Of a stretch of 64,000 nucleotides of DNA, positions 1 through 14,669 are shown piece after piece. A model generated the notes under the pieces. It ran no database searches. It saw only the letters and a list, made by a program, of their open reading frames with translations, and was not told the DNA's origin. Origin of the DNA: Okamejei kenojei (taxonomy: Eukaryota); NCBI GenBank assembly GCA_035221665.1, contig CM069139.1:57350001-57414000 (forward strand), in the 5' to 3' direction. Each line of letters begins with the position of its first letter. Position 1 is the stretch's first letter. A program made the translations under genes and the position numbers.

Positions 1-1301
1 GCAGACTCCCAAGAAATTGTTGATTTTATATGTGAATTGCATTCCTCCACATTTCTGAGCTTTATGGATGGCTTTGTAGTCATCTTGCTTATTCCTTGTA
101 AGGGGGAGGAACTGAAATTCTCCTGCGACTGTTATTTTTGTACTATTGCCTATTCTGAGAAGAAAATAAAGTGGCACAAAAATATGCGTAAGACTCTGTT
201 TTTTATGGACGTTGAAGATCTCATTCTCTTCTGACGGTATGTTTAGCAGTTTTCACAAGGCCCCATGTCAAGATTCTGTGCAGGAGGATTGCATTTTTCG
301 GGGGTCGTTGAATTTTTCTAGTTTCATAAAATAATTAGGGTCCAATGTTATCATGCAGAATGATCCTGTCAATTTTTTTTTCAAAAAAAAAATCATAATT
401 TGGCTATTCACCACTTGGAGCACCCATTATTTTTATTATTTGGACGTTGGGGCAGCCTGAGTGTTGTAGCTCGCATGTAATGTTTGTGTGAATTGATATG
501 ATTATCTGCCACAGTTTCAAAAACTCCAAAGACAAATCCAGGAATGTGAAAACTTATTTTAATCTGCCAAATATATCCCCCTAATTGCATTATTTTCCAT
601 AGGATAACTCATTGTCAAAAGTGGAATATGCTCATAATTAGAATGCAACTTCTCTGACCTCTGGGGTTCCCGCTTGCCATTCATTGAGCTTGTGCTTATT
701 CAAATGGCACATCACAATATAGCTCTTGTGTATCTTCAAGCCAATCCTGAAGGAAATAAACTATATCTCTATTCTCTTGCCTCACGTTGTACCCTTGGGG
801 ACTGACTGTAAGAACATCTAATTCAGCTATCCAATTAATTTTAACTTTTGTTATCATTTAAAAAAATCTTTAGTCTGCTTAACTATTGGAAAACTGTCAT
901 AGACTTGGGTCATTCTCACTCTGTGTCCCATCGTCTAACTTTTGTTTAAAATTAGAATGTTTTTTTTAATCATGTGAATTCCAGGATCAGATTCTATTAC
1001 TGAGATATGCATGATTATAGTGGCAGTACATGGGAAATATTCGTAAAGATAATGATGCCTGTCACTGCTGAATGGGTTGTGGTCCTACTAGGTGGTCTTA
1101 CAGATCTGGGATTTGTAATGGTTGTGGCATCCATTTAAGGGCCACATTTATTTTGTGTGGTAACCTGCATGGTACTCGTGTCTATTACTTGAGACTAGAT
1201 TTACTTGAGCCTTACAGTGACCCTTAGATTTAGTGAAAATATAATCCTTTATTGTACAGCATTCTTTGAATGTTGAAAAGCTAAGGGTTTAGCAGGAGAA
1301 A

Positions 1302-1612
1302 GGGTTTTGCAGTGGTAGAGCTGCGGCCTTACAACTCCAGAGACACGGGTTCAATCCTGACCATTGGTACTGTCTGTACAGCATTTGTACCTTTTCCCTG
1401 TGTCCGCATGGGTTTTCTCCGGGTACTCCGCGTTCCTCCCACATTCCAAAGACATACAGGTTTATAGGTTAATTGGCTTCAGTAAAATTGCAAACTGTTC
1501 TTAGTATGTAGGAGGATAGTGCTAGGGTAGGGGGTGATTGTTGGTCGGCACAGTGTCAGTGGGCTGAAGGGCCTGTTTCTGTGCTGTATCTCAAGGCTAA
1601 AGTAAAGTCTAA
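1302..1612 (+). mobile_element. HE1-like tRNA-derived V-SINE
   Basis: tRNA-like A/B-box head (gcagtggtagag...gggttcaatcc), conserved core ttcctcccacattccaaagac, CR1-like tail gggctgaagggcctgtttc. Confidence 0.85.
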
Positions 1613-4600
1613 TATAGGGGCCCTACTAACAGCTAGTGAGCAGGTACAAAACAAATTTAAAATGCTGATATGTCGTTACTTTGTGGTTGATGATATCTTG
1701 AGTGAAAAGTTATTTCAAGTTTTATAAAGTTCTGGTCAGACCTGACTGAGAGCACTCTTCCCTTCAAAAAAGTGTTGAGGCTGTTTGAAAAGCTTTCTAA
1801 TCTCCTACTAAGAGATTCTTATTACGTAAGAAATATTGATCAAAGGAAGGTAAATTGGGTTGAATTACCGATCAGCCACGATGGAAATAAATGTCAAAAA
1901 AAGGTTGTTAGTGAAAATTTTCTATTACTACTAATTTACTGAGTTAACAATAATCTCACATGGTTTTCGTTTCAAATTGGAATGTCTTAATAAAACACAA
2001 AATGTCCTTCCCATGACATCATTATTAATTTCAATTAGTGTATTTTATAAGAATAAGCTTCATGACATTATAAATATCTTCCAAAACTACTCTTTAATTA
2101 ACCAGACCAATATACTTTTTTTTTTAATACAGTTTGCACATACTGTTCAACAATATAACAGTTTATAGGGAGTGCAAACATAATGCAAGTGACAAAACAT
2201 GGCCACATTAATGTTTGAAATAAGCATAAAGCCATGCTGAACAATGTGAGCAAGTATGCGTTGCCTATTATCCTGATAAAACCTCTGTTTAACATTGCAA
2301 TGTATATCCACATAATGCACTGGCATACTGTGATATGGTGGTCCCCTCAAGGGAAGCTTTTGACTTTGGGTTCTTTAGAAGATACTTTGTGTTCCCCATA
2401 GCACTGCTTTAAAGCTTCTTTAATTCTGACAATTTGGATGCTAGGGGGCAGTGAAGGCTGCAGCTTGTCCAGAGACCATGGAGGTAGTTTTCAATGAAGA
2501 CGGTTTAAATTGCGTGATGGAGGAGGGTTTAACGCATTTCGAGAATATTGTAGAGGACATAACTTCCTGAAGTTTTCCTTTCTTGCTTCTTTATACAAAC
2601 AGGTCTGAATATCCTGTTTGTGAATTTATCTGGCACTTTTAACTGCCTGTGTGGATAACAGCCAGGTCCCAGATGTCAGGGGAAAAGGTTGTAAACGTGC
2701 AAGGCACTCTCCGATTATGTAGATATCATCTTGCAGTGGCCTTGAAATGGCCTTCCAGTTCAAACCCTAAAAATAAACACCTATTAATCATCTGATGGTA
2801 ACATTCCTTGACCACTGCTTTGAGTATGGAGACCCCAAATCAGCTTCCTGCAATAGCTGGCCTCATGCACCCTGTCACCCAGGATAAGAAACAGTTTGCG
2901 TGGCAATTTTTTTCCTGTAAAAGAGACTGGCTCTAACTAGTTGTTTTCAGCCATCTCTAAATGGCCTTTCACTGATATATGACTCAAAGTCTTTGATACT
3001 GCACAAATTACACTTTGTCCATATTCTTTTGGAGAAAAAATAGCAAGGAAAAACAAACTTTGTCCTAAAATTTTGTGACTAATTTAATCTGCTGGCAGGA
3101 GTGAGACTCAGCCTTGAAAATAAAAAGATTTTCTGTTGAGAAGGCACACCTTTCTATTTCTCTTAAGTATGTTTTGATTGATTTTTTTTCTCTCCTTTTT
3201 CTTGTAAAGGGCACATTTGACTTGGGTGGTATTTCAATGCCATTTTTCTTGTGTTGACGTTATTGTAATTAGTGATTCTCTGTGTAACCACACAATTGTT
3301 TTGCTTTGAAATCTTACTAATGATGATAAAGGCCACTGAAAACTCGGTCATTAAAAAAAAGCTACAACAAAGAATTTTAAGGCATAATGCAGGTGCATGT
3401 ATGATGTATCTATTCAGTACAACACGGTGTTAATCAGCGAGAGAGAGATGTGGCTTGCTAGTACATAGAGGCATTCAAGATTTTTTTACAGAACTGTAAA
3501 CTTGAGAATTATTTGGTGAGGAGATGGATTTTTTGGCTTTAGCATGGAGAGTGTTTTACGGACATTCTCTGGTATTAAGGGACATGAATATCTGGCAGTG
3601 TTGTAGTTCTAGAGGAAATTTTGACAGTCGTGGTGATGGAAATGTTTTTCACATTGTTGCGACTTTGAGAAAAAAAACTTGTGGTCTACTGAGGGAAATG
3701 TGTAATGCTGTGGAAGTGCTGTTTCACTGAATGTGTTGTACCTGTGTGATAGGCACAATTCTTCAACAGTTTGTACAGCGAGTTCCTGATCTCAACCACA
3801 TTATTGGATAGCTAAGTGATTCAGGCTGGGTGAAAAAATATGCTGGTCCATTCATGCTTGCTTGCTAGCTAATTATAGAGGTTAAATGATATTTCATAAT
3901 TTTCCAATCTAGTCTTCCTGCCAAAGAATACCAGGCAATTTAATGAACACGGTGGAGAAAATATATAATATCAATGTTTTTATTCAAAGTGCGGCACGCT
4001 TATAAAATAGAGTCCTTAGAATTTCTGTTCATGATCACAACACAGTTGGCTAAATCATGCTGCTTGTTTAATATCATTGTGTTAAATTGATTCTTAGTGC
4101 TTTGTTTACTCACCGGAGAAAGAAATCTAACTTTGGTTCGTTTAAAGACAGTTCCCTTTTGAAGTAGCTTAGAAAGTGATTGTGTTTCATTTTATTTCTT
4201 GTTCTCGTAACCTGCTCGTGTAGGATGTGGCTTGTCGGTGCTTTTGTGTGTCAATTCCCAGATTGGAACAAGCCATATACAGACCTTCCATCTTTAAAGC
4301 ATACTGGATCCATGTGAAGACTCCACAAATTATGAACAGACCAAACAAAATTCCATCTTGATTGCACTTCAGCATGTAAATTGACCAGACGCTCGCCATT
4401 TGAAAGAGGACATAAATAACGCTACTGAAAAGTTCATAGAGTGTGCCACAGATGTAAACGTTTGAGACGCTGTTACATCTTTTATGAAATAATGTTTCAT
4501 TTGATATCTTACCTACTGATATCAGTAGTTGTGCTCAATTTTTTTTAAGGACATTTATTTTCTTAGGTAATTTTCAAACTCGCTTTTGTTGATAATAACA

Positions 4601-5169
4601 TCAACAAAAATATGTATTATTGAGTGCTCATGATATGGGTTTATTGAAGCAAAATAATGCACAACTCATCTCAATTGACAAATTTTATTTGGCTATATTT
4701 GTCACCTATTTTCTTTCTATTACATGCTAAAAGATTTGTCTGCAAATTTGCATTGTATTCTGGCAGTGAACTCTGTTCAGTAAGTGGTTGAAAAATACTT
4801 ATCTGAAAACCCTCCAACTGCTGCAGATTAACTTATTCCTGAAAAACTTGACACAAATTTCCCCACTTTCTCCAAAATGCTCACTCCATTGTCAGTTGGT
4901 TTTGGTCTTGCCTTCCATATTGGGCCCTTGCTAACACTGGAGAGCTTGGCAGTCTGCTACAAGTCCTAGTTTGAAATTACCTGCCAATGTTTATCAGACT
5001 GCTTCACCGCTCTTTTTATTCTGTCATCTCAAAGGGGACTTGCAAGTTTCTGTTGAGAGGTCACCGCAAATGCTGCCTGACTTGCTGAGTATATACTGCA
5101 TGCTATGTTTTATTTAAGGTCTGTGGTAGGATAAAACATAAGTAAAAGTTGAAGGGTGTGGTTCAAAAG

Positions 5170-5280
5170 ATCATGTGATAAGAGTAGAATTCGACCATTT
5201 GGCCCCAAGTTTACTGTGCCATTCAATCACGGCTGATCTATTTCTCCCTCCCAACCCCATTCACCTGCCTTCTCCCCAGA
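5170..5280 (-). mobile_element. CR1/HER1 LINE 3' end fragment
   Basis: Matches 49015-49140 (gccattcaatc...gctgatcta...ccccatt). Confidence 0.7.
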
Positions 5281-5934
5281 GATGGTTATGATGCAACAAG
5301 GCATGAAAGATACATCTAGAGATGTAAAGGACAATATAAAGTGTAAATGAAATTACTTAACAAAAGTGTTGATTCAAGAAGGCTATTACATGCCTAGTCA
5401 AAGGTTAAGGTGCTGCTTGCCAAGCATATATTGAACTTTATTGGAGCAGTACAGGAGCTGATAAACAGAGGCAGAATTCAAGTAAAAGGACTAGAAGCTC
5501 AAGGTCTTATATGCTCACTGAATGAATTTTCAAAATGATTATCTAATCAGTATTTGGTTTGCTGAACATGAACATATTATCACCAGAATGCCTAGTGGAA
5601 AGGGCAGGATCGATGGGATTGGTGGTAGCATCATGCTGAAGTGTTCAAGGATAATCCTTTGAATGGGGTGGCTGGTGGGAAAGAAGATGAGGTGCTTCAT
5701 TTCATGTGTATTTACCTCTTTGACCAGACTGCCATGTGAAAATGAATCCAATGCTCTCGTTGATTCATTTGTTAATTTAAAAATGTAAGTACATAGCAAT
5801 CCCTTAAAAAATCCATGCCAACTATCACAGATTGATCATAGTATAGGATGTTGATGATGCTGGAAACTTTAGCAAAAATTCAAAGTGCTGGAGGAATTCA
5901 GCAGTAACTCTAGATTGGGGGGTGGGATGTTTCG

Positions 5935-6222
5935 GGTGATAAGAGCAGAATTGAGCCATTCGGTCCATTGAGTACTCTGCTATTCTATCCCCCTCAACCC
6001 CATTCTCCTGCATTCCTGTAACCCTTGACATCCTTACTAATCAGGAATCTCAATCTCCACCTTAAAATATCCAATGTCATGGCCTCCACAACTGTTTGTG
6101 GCAATGAATTCTACAGATTCACTACCCTCTATGAGTGAAGAAATTCCTCCTTATCTCCTTTTTAAAGGTGAGTCATTTTATTCTGAAGCTATTCCCTCTG
6201 GTCCTAGATTCTCCCACTGGTG
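5935..6222 (-). mobile_element. CR1/HER1 LINE 3' fragment
   Basis: Similar to 49015-49355 and 62868-63210. Confidence 0.75.
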
Positions 6223-9200
6223 TATCAGGACTAGTCATATATTTCTTTGTCAATTTCCAGGGATCCTAAACCCTTTAATATATCCTCTTTCACTACGTTT
6301 TGCATGGGTTGATACCATAATCCCAGTTCAGCAATATTAGCATCATTCCTTTTTCTGAACAAGATAACCAACTATTCATGAAGAACATCTGCTTCCACAC
6401 AGTTTTTGATTTGCATCCTTATCAATGTTTTATGATTCCTTGCTTTTTATGTACTTATAAAAGATCTTTGACATTTTTTATTTTACTGGGTAATGGTATT
6501 GAACATTTCATAGTTTATCTTTGCTTTCCTAAGCTTTCTCTAGTATTAGACTCACCTTCAGCCTTTGAGAAGGAATAGGGAGGAGCAGTAATGATGGCCT
6601 GGCCTAGGTTCACCAGGGATATATGAATAGTACAGATATAATGACTATTTGATGTATGGAAACACAGAAGGTGGTTATATTTTGTTAAAAATATTACAAA
6701 GGGTTTTGATGAAGTGCATCTGAAAAGTTTATTTCCAATATTATGGGTCATCAATTTAGAGTCACTGTGAGAGTGACGTGAGAACCTAGAATACATTTAT
6801 TTACCTAAAAAAATTGTCTTTAAGAGTGAAAAGGTAGAGAAAGTAAAGATGAAAGCAATTGACAATCGGGGGTTTGAGGAGGGGTAAGTGAGTTATGGAT
6901 AGTGGAGAGCAAGGCAGTGGAATTATTTTTGACTTGCACTGGTGAAATGCTCGCCCCCAAAAAAACAAGCTGAATAACTTCCTTTCCTCACTTTCTTTCC
7001 AGTGTAGGTGAATGTGAACTTGCTGTTAATTTGGCTGCCTACAAGCTCAGGCTATTGCAATTTTGGGCAAGCAATATTGAAAGAAGTACTAAATTGCAGC
7101 TATCAGAGATATGTCTTTCCACAATACTGACATTAAACCAAAATGTTATTTTCTGTTAATTTTAATTCACAACAAATTTTATATGACACACATTAAACTC
7201 CAATTGTTTGCACCTTGGTGAAACCTCAATCAGCTTGAAATGTTACTGTGAATACAAAGCAGATTTTGTACACCAAACGCTGAATAATGATTGTTCAGAT
7301 TATAGATAGAGTTCATAGAATAAATACTTTAAGTTATGTGGAAGCCTATGATGCATAGTTTTACTCAGCACCAACCACATCCAGACCAAGTTAAAAACTT
7401 GCCACCATTGTGTCAAATATAGTCAGCTAAAATTGTAATCAGATATTAGTGTACACAAAGTTTTTCATCATTAACCATTCAACATTTTTTTTTAATTGAA
7501 TATCAATAGTTTAAAACATCCAAAAGGCACCAACAAAAATGCAATTGAAGCACAAAAATCTAAACTAAAATATGGACAGTGTTGCACTCTACATGGCAAT
7601 GCAGTCATTATAAGAAATTGACTTGCATGTTCATCATGATTCAATACCTGAGGCAAGATATGGGCAGCCAACAGTATTACTGAAAATATGATAAGGTAAG
7701 AAAACTACTGTAGTTAGCCTTGGATGAAATGGACGGCGATTATTCTGGTGCAGTTGTGGCAGCACTGATTTGGACGGCTGTACTAAGTTACAGAATTGTA
7801 TTGAGAAAATTTTTTAATATGAATCACAAGTCACAAAGTATAATTATTCTTTCAATACTTAACTATTTATTTCTATTTATACAAAAAGTTAACATTAAAA
7901 TTTGTGGCTCTCATTTGTATTTCATTTGTGTAATTGCTAAGATGGTGAGGTTGTACAAAATTAATCTAAAAGGGATTTATCTGGAATATCTGTGCCACTG
8001 ATATGCATATTATTTGAGATAGGGGTTAATTATTCTTTCTTTAGCAAAATCATAAGAGAGATGAAATGAAGAATTGATGCAGCAAAACTTTTTGTACATT
8101 GAGTGATATTTCAAACCGAAATAGTGATCCCACAGTTCACATGTAATTTTTAAATGCTTACGTTTAAATGGTCTTATATTTGACTAACAAAATCGTCTGG
8201 GACGTAAATCAAACAATAATTTCCAAAGAAGTCGTGTTCAAAAGTATTGTTAGGACATCAAACTATTTTAAAATGTGCTGCTGAAAATAAACTTTTAAAC
8301 TGGTTGAGACTTGTTACACAACTTTTTGAATTGCATTTTGGATTTTGATTACTTTTATTAGACTAAGATGTATTAAAAATGTTGCTCTGACATGGCATTA
8401 TTTGGCATTTTTCTTTAATACTCAAATTTAAATTATCACTAATTTGACTATTAGGGATTTTGTACAGACAGAATTATTCTTCTCGTGTGGTAGATTGTGT
8501 CTAATGTGGCCAGCATTTATACACACATGGTTCAATTGCTCTAAGCAGACGGCCCTTGAGATGGGTAACAATTACTATTGGACACATCATTAGGATGCTA
8601 ATTCATGTTTACTTATTTGTATTTGGTTAATATGTAGTAAATAATCACTGCTACATGTTTTATACAAAATTATACCTGACATGCTTACTTTAAAACTTTC
8701 AAAGATGTAGTTATTGATTATTATTAATTGATACTTGACCCCTGACTTGCAAAATACATAGATCATTAGTTGATCATTCCAGCAATTATTTATAATCATG
8801 TTTCTTTGATATAAGCAGAACTGACAAACGATTTTTTATTTTTTAATAAATTGCCATGTGTCATTAATTGCACAATTTTTGAAGAATTTCCATTGCATGA
8901 ATAGATATTTTCGCTTCAAATTTGCTGTGTTATGCATTTTGCATTTGTTCGGTGCTGTATTTTTGCACTGGAAATTTTACACAATACTGGAAGACGGCTA
9001 GAAGTGTGAAGATTTCAACAGTTACATAGCATTTCTGTCTGATGACCTCTGATTATCAAGGATGTTTTACTAATTTGACCGTTTGTAGTTGAGCATCAGA
9101 GGAAGAATTCACCAACTTGTTTGGTTGCTCATTGGTAAAACTCTGATTCTGAAGTACAGACCAAGTGATGACATGTTCTGATTGATAGTGATTGCATCTT

Positions 9201-10379
9201 TATGAACTCTTGCCGAAGGTCCTAACTTCCTGATGGGTCAACTATTCCACAGGGCGACTTCCTGAGATTGCCTGGTGGGCTCAGCATATCCATTTAAAGG
9301 CTATGTCACAGTTCCGAGATTTAGAACATGTTTTTTAACCACCGCTCTAGTCAATTGGTCTTATGTACAGTAACAAAATTGCTAGTTGAGTACACACTAA
9401 GAAGGATTGAAAATATTGAAAGACCCTAATTTTTATATATTCAAGTATTTTTGTTTAGTCCCAAAATATATTTGTGGAGTGTGCAAAAGGTAAAACCCTT
9501 TCATTTTGGCAATAAGTAATGTCTCAGTACAGTTTCTTGCTTAAGTTCAAAGTAAATATGCAACTCATTAACTTTTATGTTATTTTCTTACGTCCCCTTC
9601 ACAATGAAGCTGCAACATTGTCTTACTAGTTTACTGTCTTCACAGAAATCCTTTGGTTATAATTGTGCCTTTTGGCACACTTTCCCAATAGTTGGGAAGT
9701 CACAGCCAGTCAGGCAGATTATTGTATCCTCGTGCAAGGAGCACAGAGAGACTTCATTTTCTTGGAATACTAGATGTGTTTGAGAGGGGAGAAAAAAATG
9801 TTTCCAGGAAATTCAGTGTTGACGAACATGCCATAGCACTACAAAAGGAAAATTCTAAAGTTGCAAAATGACCAGGAAACTATCCAAATGGCAATATGAC
9901 TTCAAAATAACACTGTTTGATCTATTATATTGGCCACTGTTACCTTGCACAGGATGAAACATGGGTGAGATTTAACTGTTTGTTGATCTTGGCAGAAATA
10001 GCTGAGGTATTGAGTGTACTCTTTAATTACCCATTTTCATGGAAGATGTGAGGCACTTAATCTAATTCATCAGATTTAGTACCTGCCAATAACGTTGATT
10101 AGTCTGAAACACCAAATGGTGGAGTTGTGCCATCTAGCATTCAAATTCTTGTCACAGATAAGACCCTTGATTTTATTTTAAAGACAAGAGAGAAAAGAGA
10201 TGTATATCCTATTGCTTTAAGTCCATAAATACAGCTTCTGCTTTGCAGATTACAGTCAGACCTGGCATGATATTATTGAATTTAAAAGCAGACTCGAGGG
10301 GTTGGGTGACCTACTCCTGGTCCTAATCTGTACGTTCTTGTATCAACTGCCCAGATTGTAATTGCAGATCCACAATCCT

Positions 10380-10645
10380 GCCAACTAGGAATCTTTTGCC
10401 CACTTGTCAGGAATCTAACTGCCTTAAAAATATCTAAAGACTACTTCTGCCACTCTTCAAGATATGAGTTTAAAGACTCTGTGCCCTGTGAGAGAGAGAA
10501 AATCCAGGACAATGACTCCTGATTCTGGATTCTCCCTCAAAAGGAAATATCCTCTCCACATCCACCCTATCAAGGTCATTCAGGATATGCTGTAAAAAAT
10601 GTCATTTTCATTCTTCTAAACCCCAGTGGATACACGCATAACTTG
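10380..10645 (-). mobile_element. Degenerate CR1 LINE fragment
   Basis: Decayed similarity to the CR1 ORF2 3' region (ggattctccc...catccaccctatcaagg). Confidence 0.55.
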
Positions 10646-10986
10646 TTCTATATTCTTCATATGGCACCTTGCCCATTTTGGTTATCCATGGTCAACTTTC
10701 TCACAATTACTTTTTCTGTTTCTTATTAGCCAATCGTCTATTTATGCTGAGAAGTTGCCAAATAAACCATGAGCTTTTATTTTCTGCAGTAACATTTGAT
10801 GCAGCACATTATCAATACATCTTGGAAATCTCAGCACAGTGCATGCTTTGTCATATGTATATTTTCACTTTGGCAATGCTTTCACCTTCAACGTATGGAA
10901 AATGTAAATAAAGCAGCCAGGGAAGTTCAATTAATACAACCAGACTTTCTGAATGCAATTTAACATATTTTACATCTAATTTTCAG

Positions 10987-11140
10987 ATTTGGACCCGGAT
11001 TAGTGATCTACTGGTGCGGATTTATTAAGGAGTTGGACTGTCATCGTGAACGTGGAATATTATTAAAAGATTGCTTCCCTGAAGACATTATAACCTTCCA
11101 CCATACCAGAGCCAGCATTGACAGTGGAAAGAAGAGGTGA
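10987..11140 (+). CDS. CDIN1: CDAN1-interacting nuclease 1 (C15orf41), final coding exon
   Basis: Acceptor tttcag at 10981-10986, then (R)[50 protein letters not shown], matching the recalled human C-terminus [32 protein letters not shown]; convergent neighbour of MEIS2 as in other vertebrates. Not in the ORF track. Confidence 0.95.
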
Positions 11141-11502
11141 ATCCGGAAGTAATTTTGCCTTCCTGCAGTGCTAACTACTGGCAACATCTCTCCTGAACTT
11201 TAGTTGAACTCCTGCTGCCCTGGGTCACCATAATACCTCTTTAGAAAAACACATTGTGTTTCTGCTTTACTTCAGCAACACACTTCTGTGAGCAGCCAAG
11301 AACTGCAGACACATACCTCCCATTATCAGCATCCCAGTCCGTGTCAAGACTTTATAGATAGTTTAATCTTTCTACATCCGAACTCTTTCCTCCACAGAGA
11401 AGAGAAAAATTCTGCCGCTGCAAAAATAATTAATTGAAAGCTTTGTGCGAGGCAGACGAATGAAATTGTTTATTTTAAAGGTTTGGTCAATTAATTAAAA
11501 AA

Positions 11503-11508
11503 AATAAA
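11503..11508 (+). terminator. Candidate CDIN1 polyadenylation signal AATAAA
   Basis: AATAAA ~360 nt after the stop, ATTAAA just upstream and T-rich sequence downstream; other AATAAA motifs exist further 3'. Confidence 0.4.
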
Positions 11509-14329
11509 TGTTGCTCCATTTTATCTGTTCTTCCGATGCGAGAAATTTTTAACTAGCATATGCTGTTCTGAAAAAGATTGCCAGAAAGACGGAAGAAAGT
11601 GTGTGTTCAAAGCCCCCTTGAAAATAGGCAATATCTCCTCCCACTCTTGGTCATCTCTGGTCTATGACCATACGACGTAGAGAAGGTGCACTCAGGATGA
11701 TATTGAGGACCTTATGTCCATGTGTCAGGACCTCGAGGAGACCCTAAGTAGGTGGCAGAAGAAAACTACCACCTCACAAACTACCTGCTCCAGTAGTTTA
11801 CCCTATCAGTAGAAGAATCTGCCAACAGCCACCAGAGAGCGCACAAAGAATAAAAGGAGGTCATCCTCAATCCCAAAGAATTGTAGAATGGGAAAATTAT
11901 GATATATTTCATAACCTTAAAAAGGTTTAAAATTCATTAACTTCATTCAAATTGGCTTATTAAAACCTCAGTTAAGATCCATTTTGGTTTCATGTCAAAG
12001 TGATAGATGATGAAAATGTGATTTGAATGACTAATGTAAAAAATGAAGGAATGAAACTGCAAACAAAAGATACTTCAAGTGAATTTACCTGTTCAAAGGC
12101 AGGAATGTAACTTAGGTTTTCAATTTGAGCAAACTTTCAACTATCTAAGTGCACGACAATGAATATTTTAAAATCACTTTTTAAAAATCAATTTTAGTTT
12201 CTTATTCAGTAAAAGTTTTATTGAGCGATTGTTTGTGATAAGCATGTGTGTGTTAATTATTGATCCTCGATCCATTGGAAAAACATGATTCCTAAAATTA
12301 GAAATTGCCTGAAGAAAGGTCATTAAGATACTGGTCTGTGTGAGTTTGGCAAAATATTCTGCTGCGATCCAGAGCAAAACACTTTCCACATTTTTGACCA
12401 CAAAACTCAACAAGTGGAAGAAATTGGACACAGTACTTGCTTCCTAGTATCAAACATTTACCATGGTAAAACCGCGATACTGCATATTGTCATCTAGTTT
12501 AAAGAGACTTTGAGATAAACATCAAAAAATGCTCTGTGCTTTCTGATTTTAATTGGCTTTCTGATTTTAATTTATCCTGAAGTTAGAACCTCTTGACTTT
12601 CTTGCCAGCTATTGATTGTAACTGTTCTATTCAACACTATGACTGTTTTTATAGACAATGTGTTCTGTTAGATCTAAGTATCACATACTCGTGAGTTTGC
12701 TGTCTGCTATGCCTTTTTGCTGGTCTGTTTTATAAATAGAGCTAAGTGTAAGTCTTGTACACTGCAGTTAATACACTTAAATGTTTGGTACTAACCCAGA
12801 CTTGTCCTTTGACAAATTATTACAATTTTATACGCAAGTGATGTTTATGGAGAAACTGCGAGCTTACTAATGCACAAATGTAAAATTGCCCAACCTCAGA
12901 GAAGTGCATCGTGATTCCTTTGGAAAGACAAGTGTTGTACAATTATAAAAGAGCTCCTCTGAATGCCAGTGAAGTGCCTTTGCTCCAGAAAGCTGCATTC
13001 ATATCATGTCAGTGTTTAGAGGATGTGTTGGGACTGCTAATGGAATAAAACCAAGTGCACTGTTCCATTTTGCATGGTGTGTTGACTTATCCACTCCAGA
13101 GAAATATGTAACAGAAACAAAAATGTGTGTCAATTTATTCAATAGATATGATCTTAGTGTGGATATTCCTTCTGAAACTTAGATCCAATGCATTGAGGGC
13201 TTGTATTAAATCTCCTCCAGCCCGTGGCTGCCCATTATGAAGGAATAAAGCTTCAAAAAAGTTGATTCAAAATTGCTACATTTTATCCTCTGTTTCTGTG
13301 TAATTGTATTTTGCCTGTTTTTTTGCTAAAAATCACTTTTCTTCTACAATAAATAATGTTTTGCTTGTGAATTTGCCTTGAAAGCGTTTAACGTAAGTGG
13401 GTAACAAAAAGGAATCTATTATGTCTTTAAATGTTGGAATACTTCAAGCCTAGAATTCACAAAGATTAACTCATTCAGGTATATAGTTACCATTTTCAGC
13501 TTAAAGCTATGAGGATATGAACTTCAAATAAGAAACTATTCCTAATTCTGTAATCTTTTAAACCATAATTGTAAATTGTAGTGAATTATTACAAAACATT
13601 TTTTAAGAAAAAAGTTCAGTTGGTCTCTGCCTTTCCTCTTATTGTTTAAATGTGGCTTCTATATAAACAGCAATCTGGGTCATCTGTTTCAGCAATTGAT
13701 CATTAAACCTTACTTAACACTGTAATGAATCATCTCAATTTGTTTACTTTTTCTTAACTTGAGTCTGATTACTTCCATTCCCTTTTCTTCTGAAGGCCTT
13801 GATTATGGTTTCATAGAAGCCAGTGCCTTCCAGTACCAGACCTAAGTGTGTGCTATTCCTCTTTGAGCCTCAACAATCTATTGCAGTCAATTGTGCCACT
13901 GTTATTGCCAAACCAATCTTGACCTCACAGCAGGAGGTCGCTAGAATAGTGCCCATCAGTCAATACCAAGACTGATTGGTCTCTATCCATTGTTCCTTCC
14001 GAATGAGGAATGATCTATCACCAGGTAGTTCTCAGCCTACGCCGCTTATCAAATGCGGTTATAGCACAGAAAAATGCTATACACCCAGTGAGTGCCGACA
14101 CCTTCTAATGCATCCCATTCAATTTCATTTGCAGCTCTTATGAATATTTTCTCAACGGCCTATTCAGTTCCCTATTGAAAGTCCTGCTTGATTCTCGTCC
14201 CAGCATTCCTGCCATCAGTGTATTCCTCATCCTAACCCCCCCATGTAAAAAAGTTTTACGTTCCCATTCTCTATCTTATCATTTCTCTTAATATCCTGAA
14301 AACTTTGATTAAATTAGTCCGTAATCGTC

Positions 14330-14520
14330 TACATTTCCAGAGTTGTAACTGTAGTTTGTAGTATCAGTCCTTGCACTTTAGCCCTTGTCAGCAAGGCAAC
14401 ATTCCTATATGTCTGAATTGCACTCACTCCAGATCCTTCGTAAGAGGGCTGCTCAAAACTGAACACAATACTCTGGCAGTGTTCTAACCAGAGCTTTATT
14501 CAGCTGGATCTTAAAGTGCA
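14330..14520 (-). mobile_element. Degenerate CR1 ORF2 fragment
   Basis: ORF track shows KALVRTLPEYCVQF, the CR1 LVRPHLEYCVQFW motif. Confidence 0.6.
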
Positions 14521-14669
14521 CCTTCTGGAAATTAAGTTTTAGACTGAAAATGTTTAAGTCTAGTATTGTGCATGAAGATGCCAGAATTTCATTGGCTGTT
14601 TTAGTTATCGTCAATGCCCGTCGAAGATAGTTTAATGAGTTATGCTTGTAGAACTTGTAGATTTTAAAG

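Noticed and set aside
1-10986. Penultimate CDIN1 exon (WIESKASFGD...YWNR)
   Set aside because: Not found by eye; presumably upstream of the window.
12538-12572. Short tandem duplication GCTTTCTGATTTTAATT (similar ones at ~60325 and ~62980)
   Set aside because: Ordinary slippage duplications with no sign of function.
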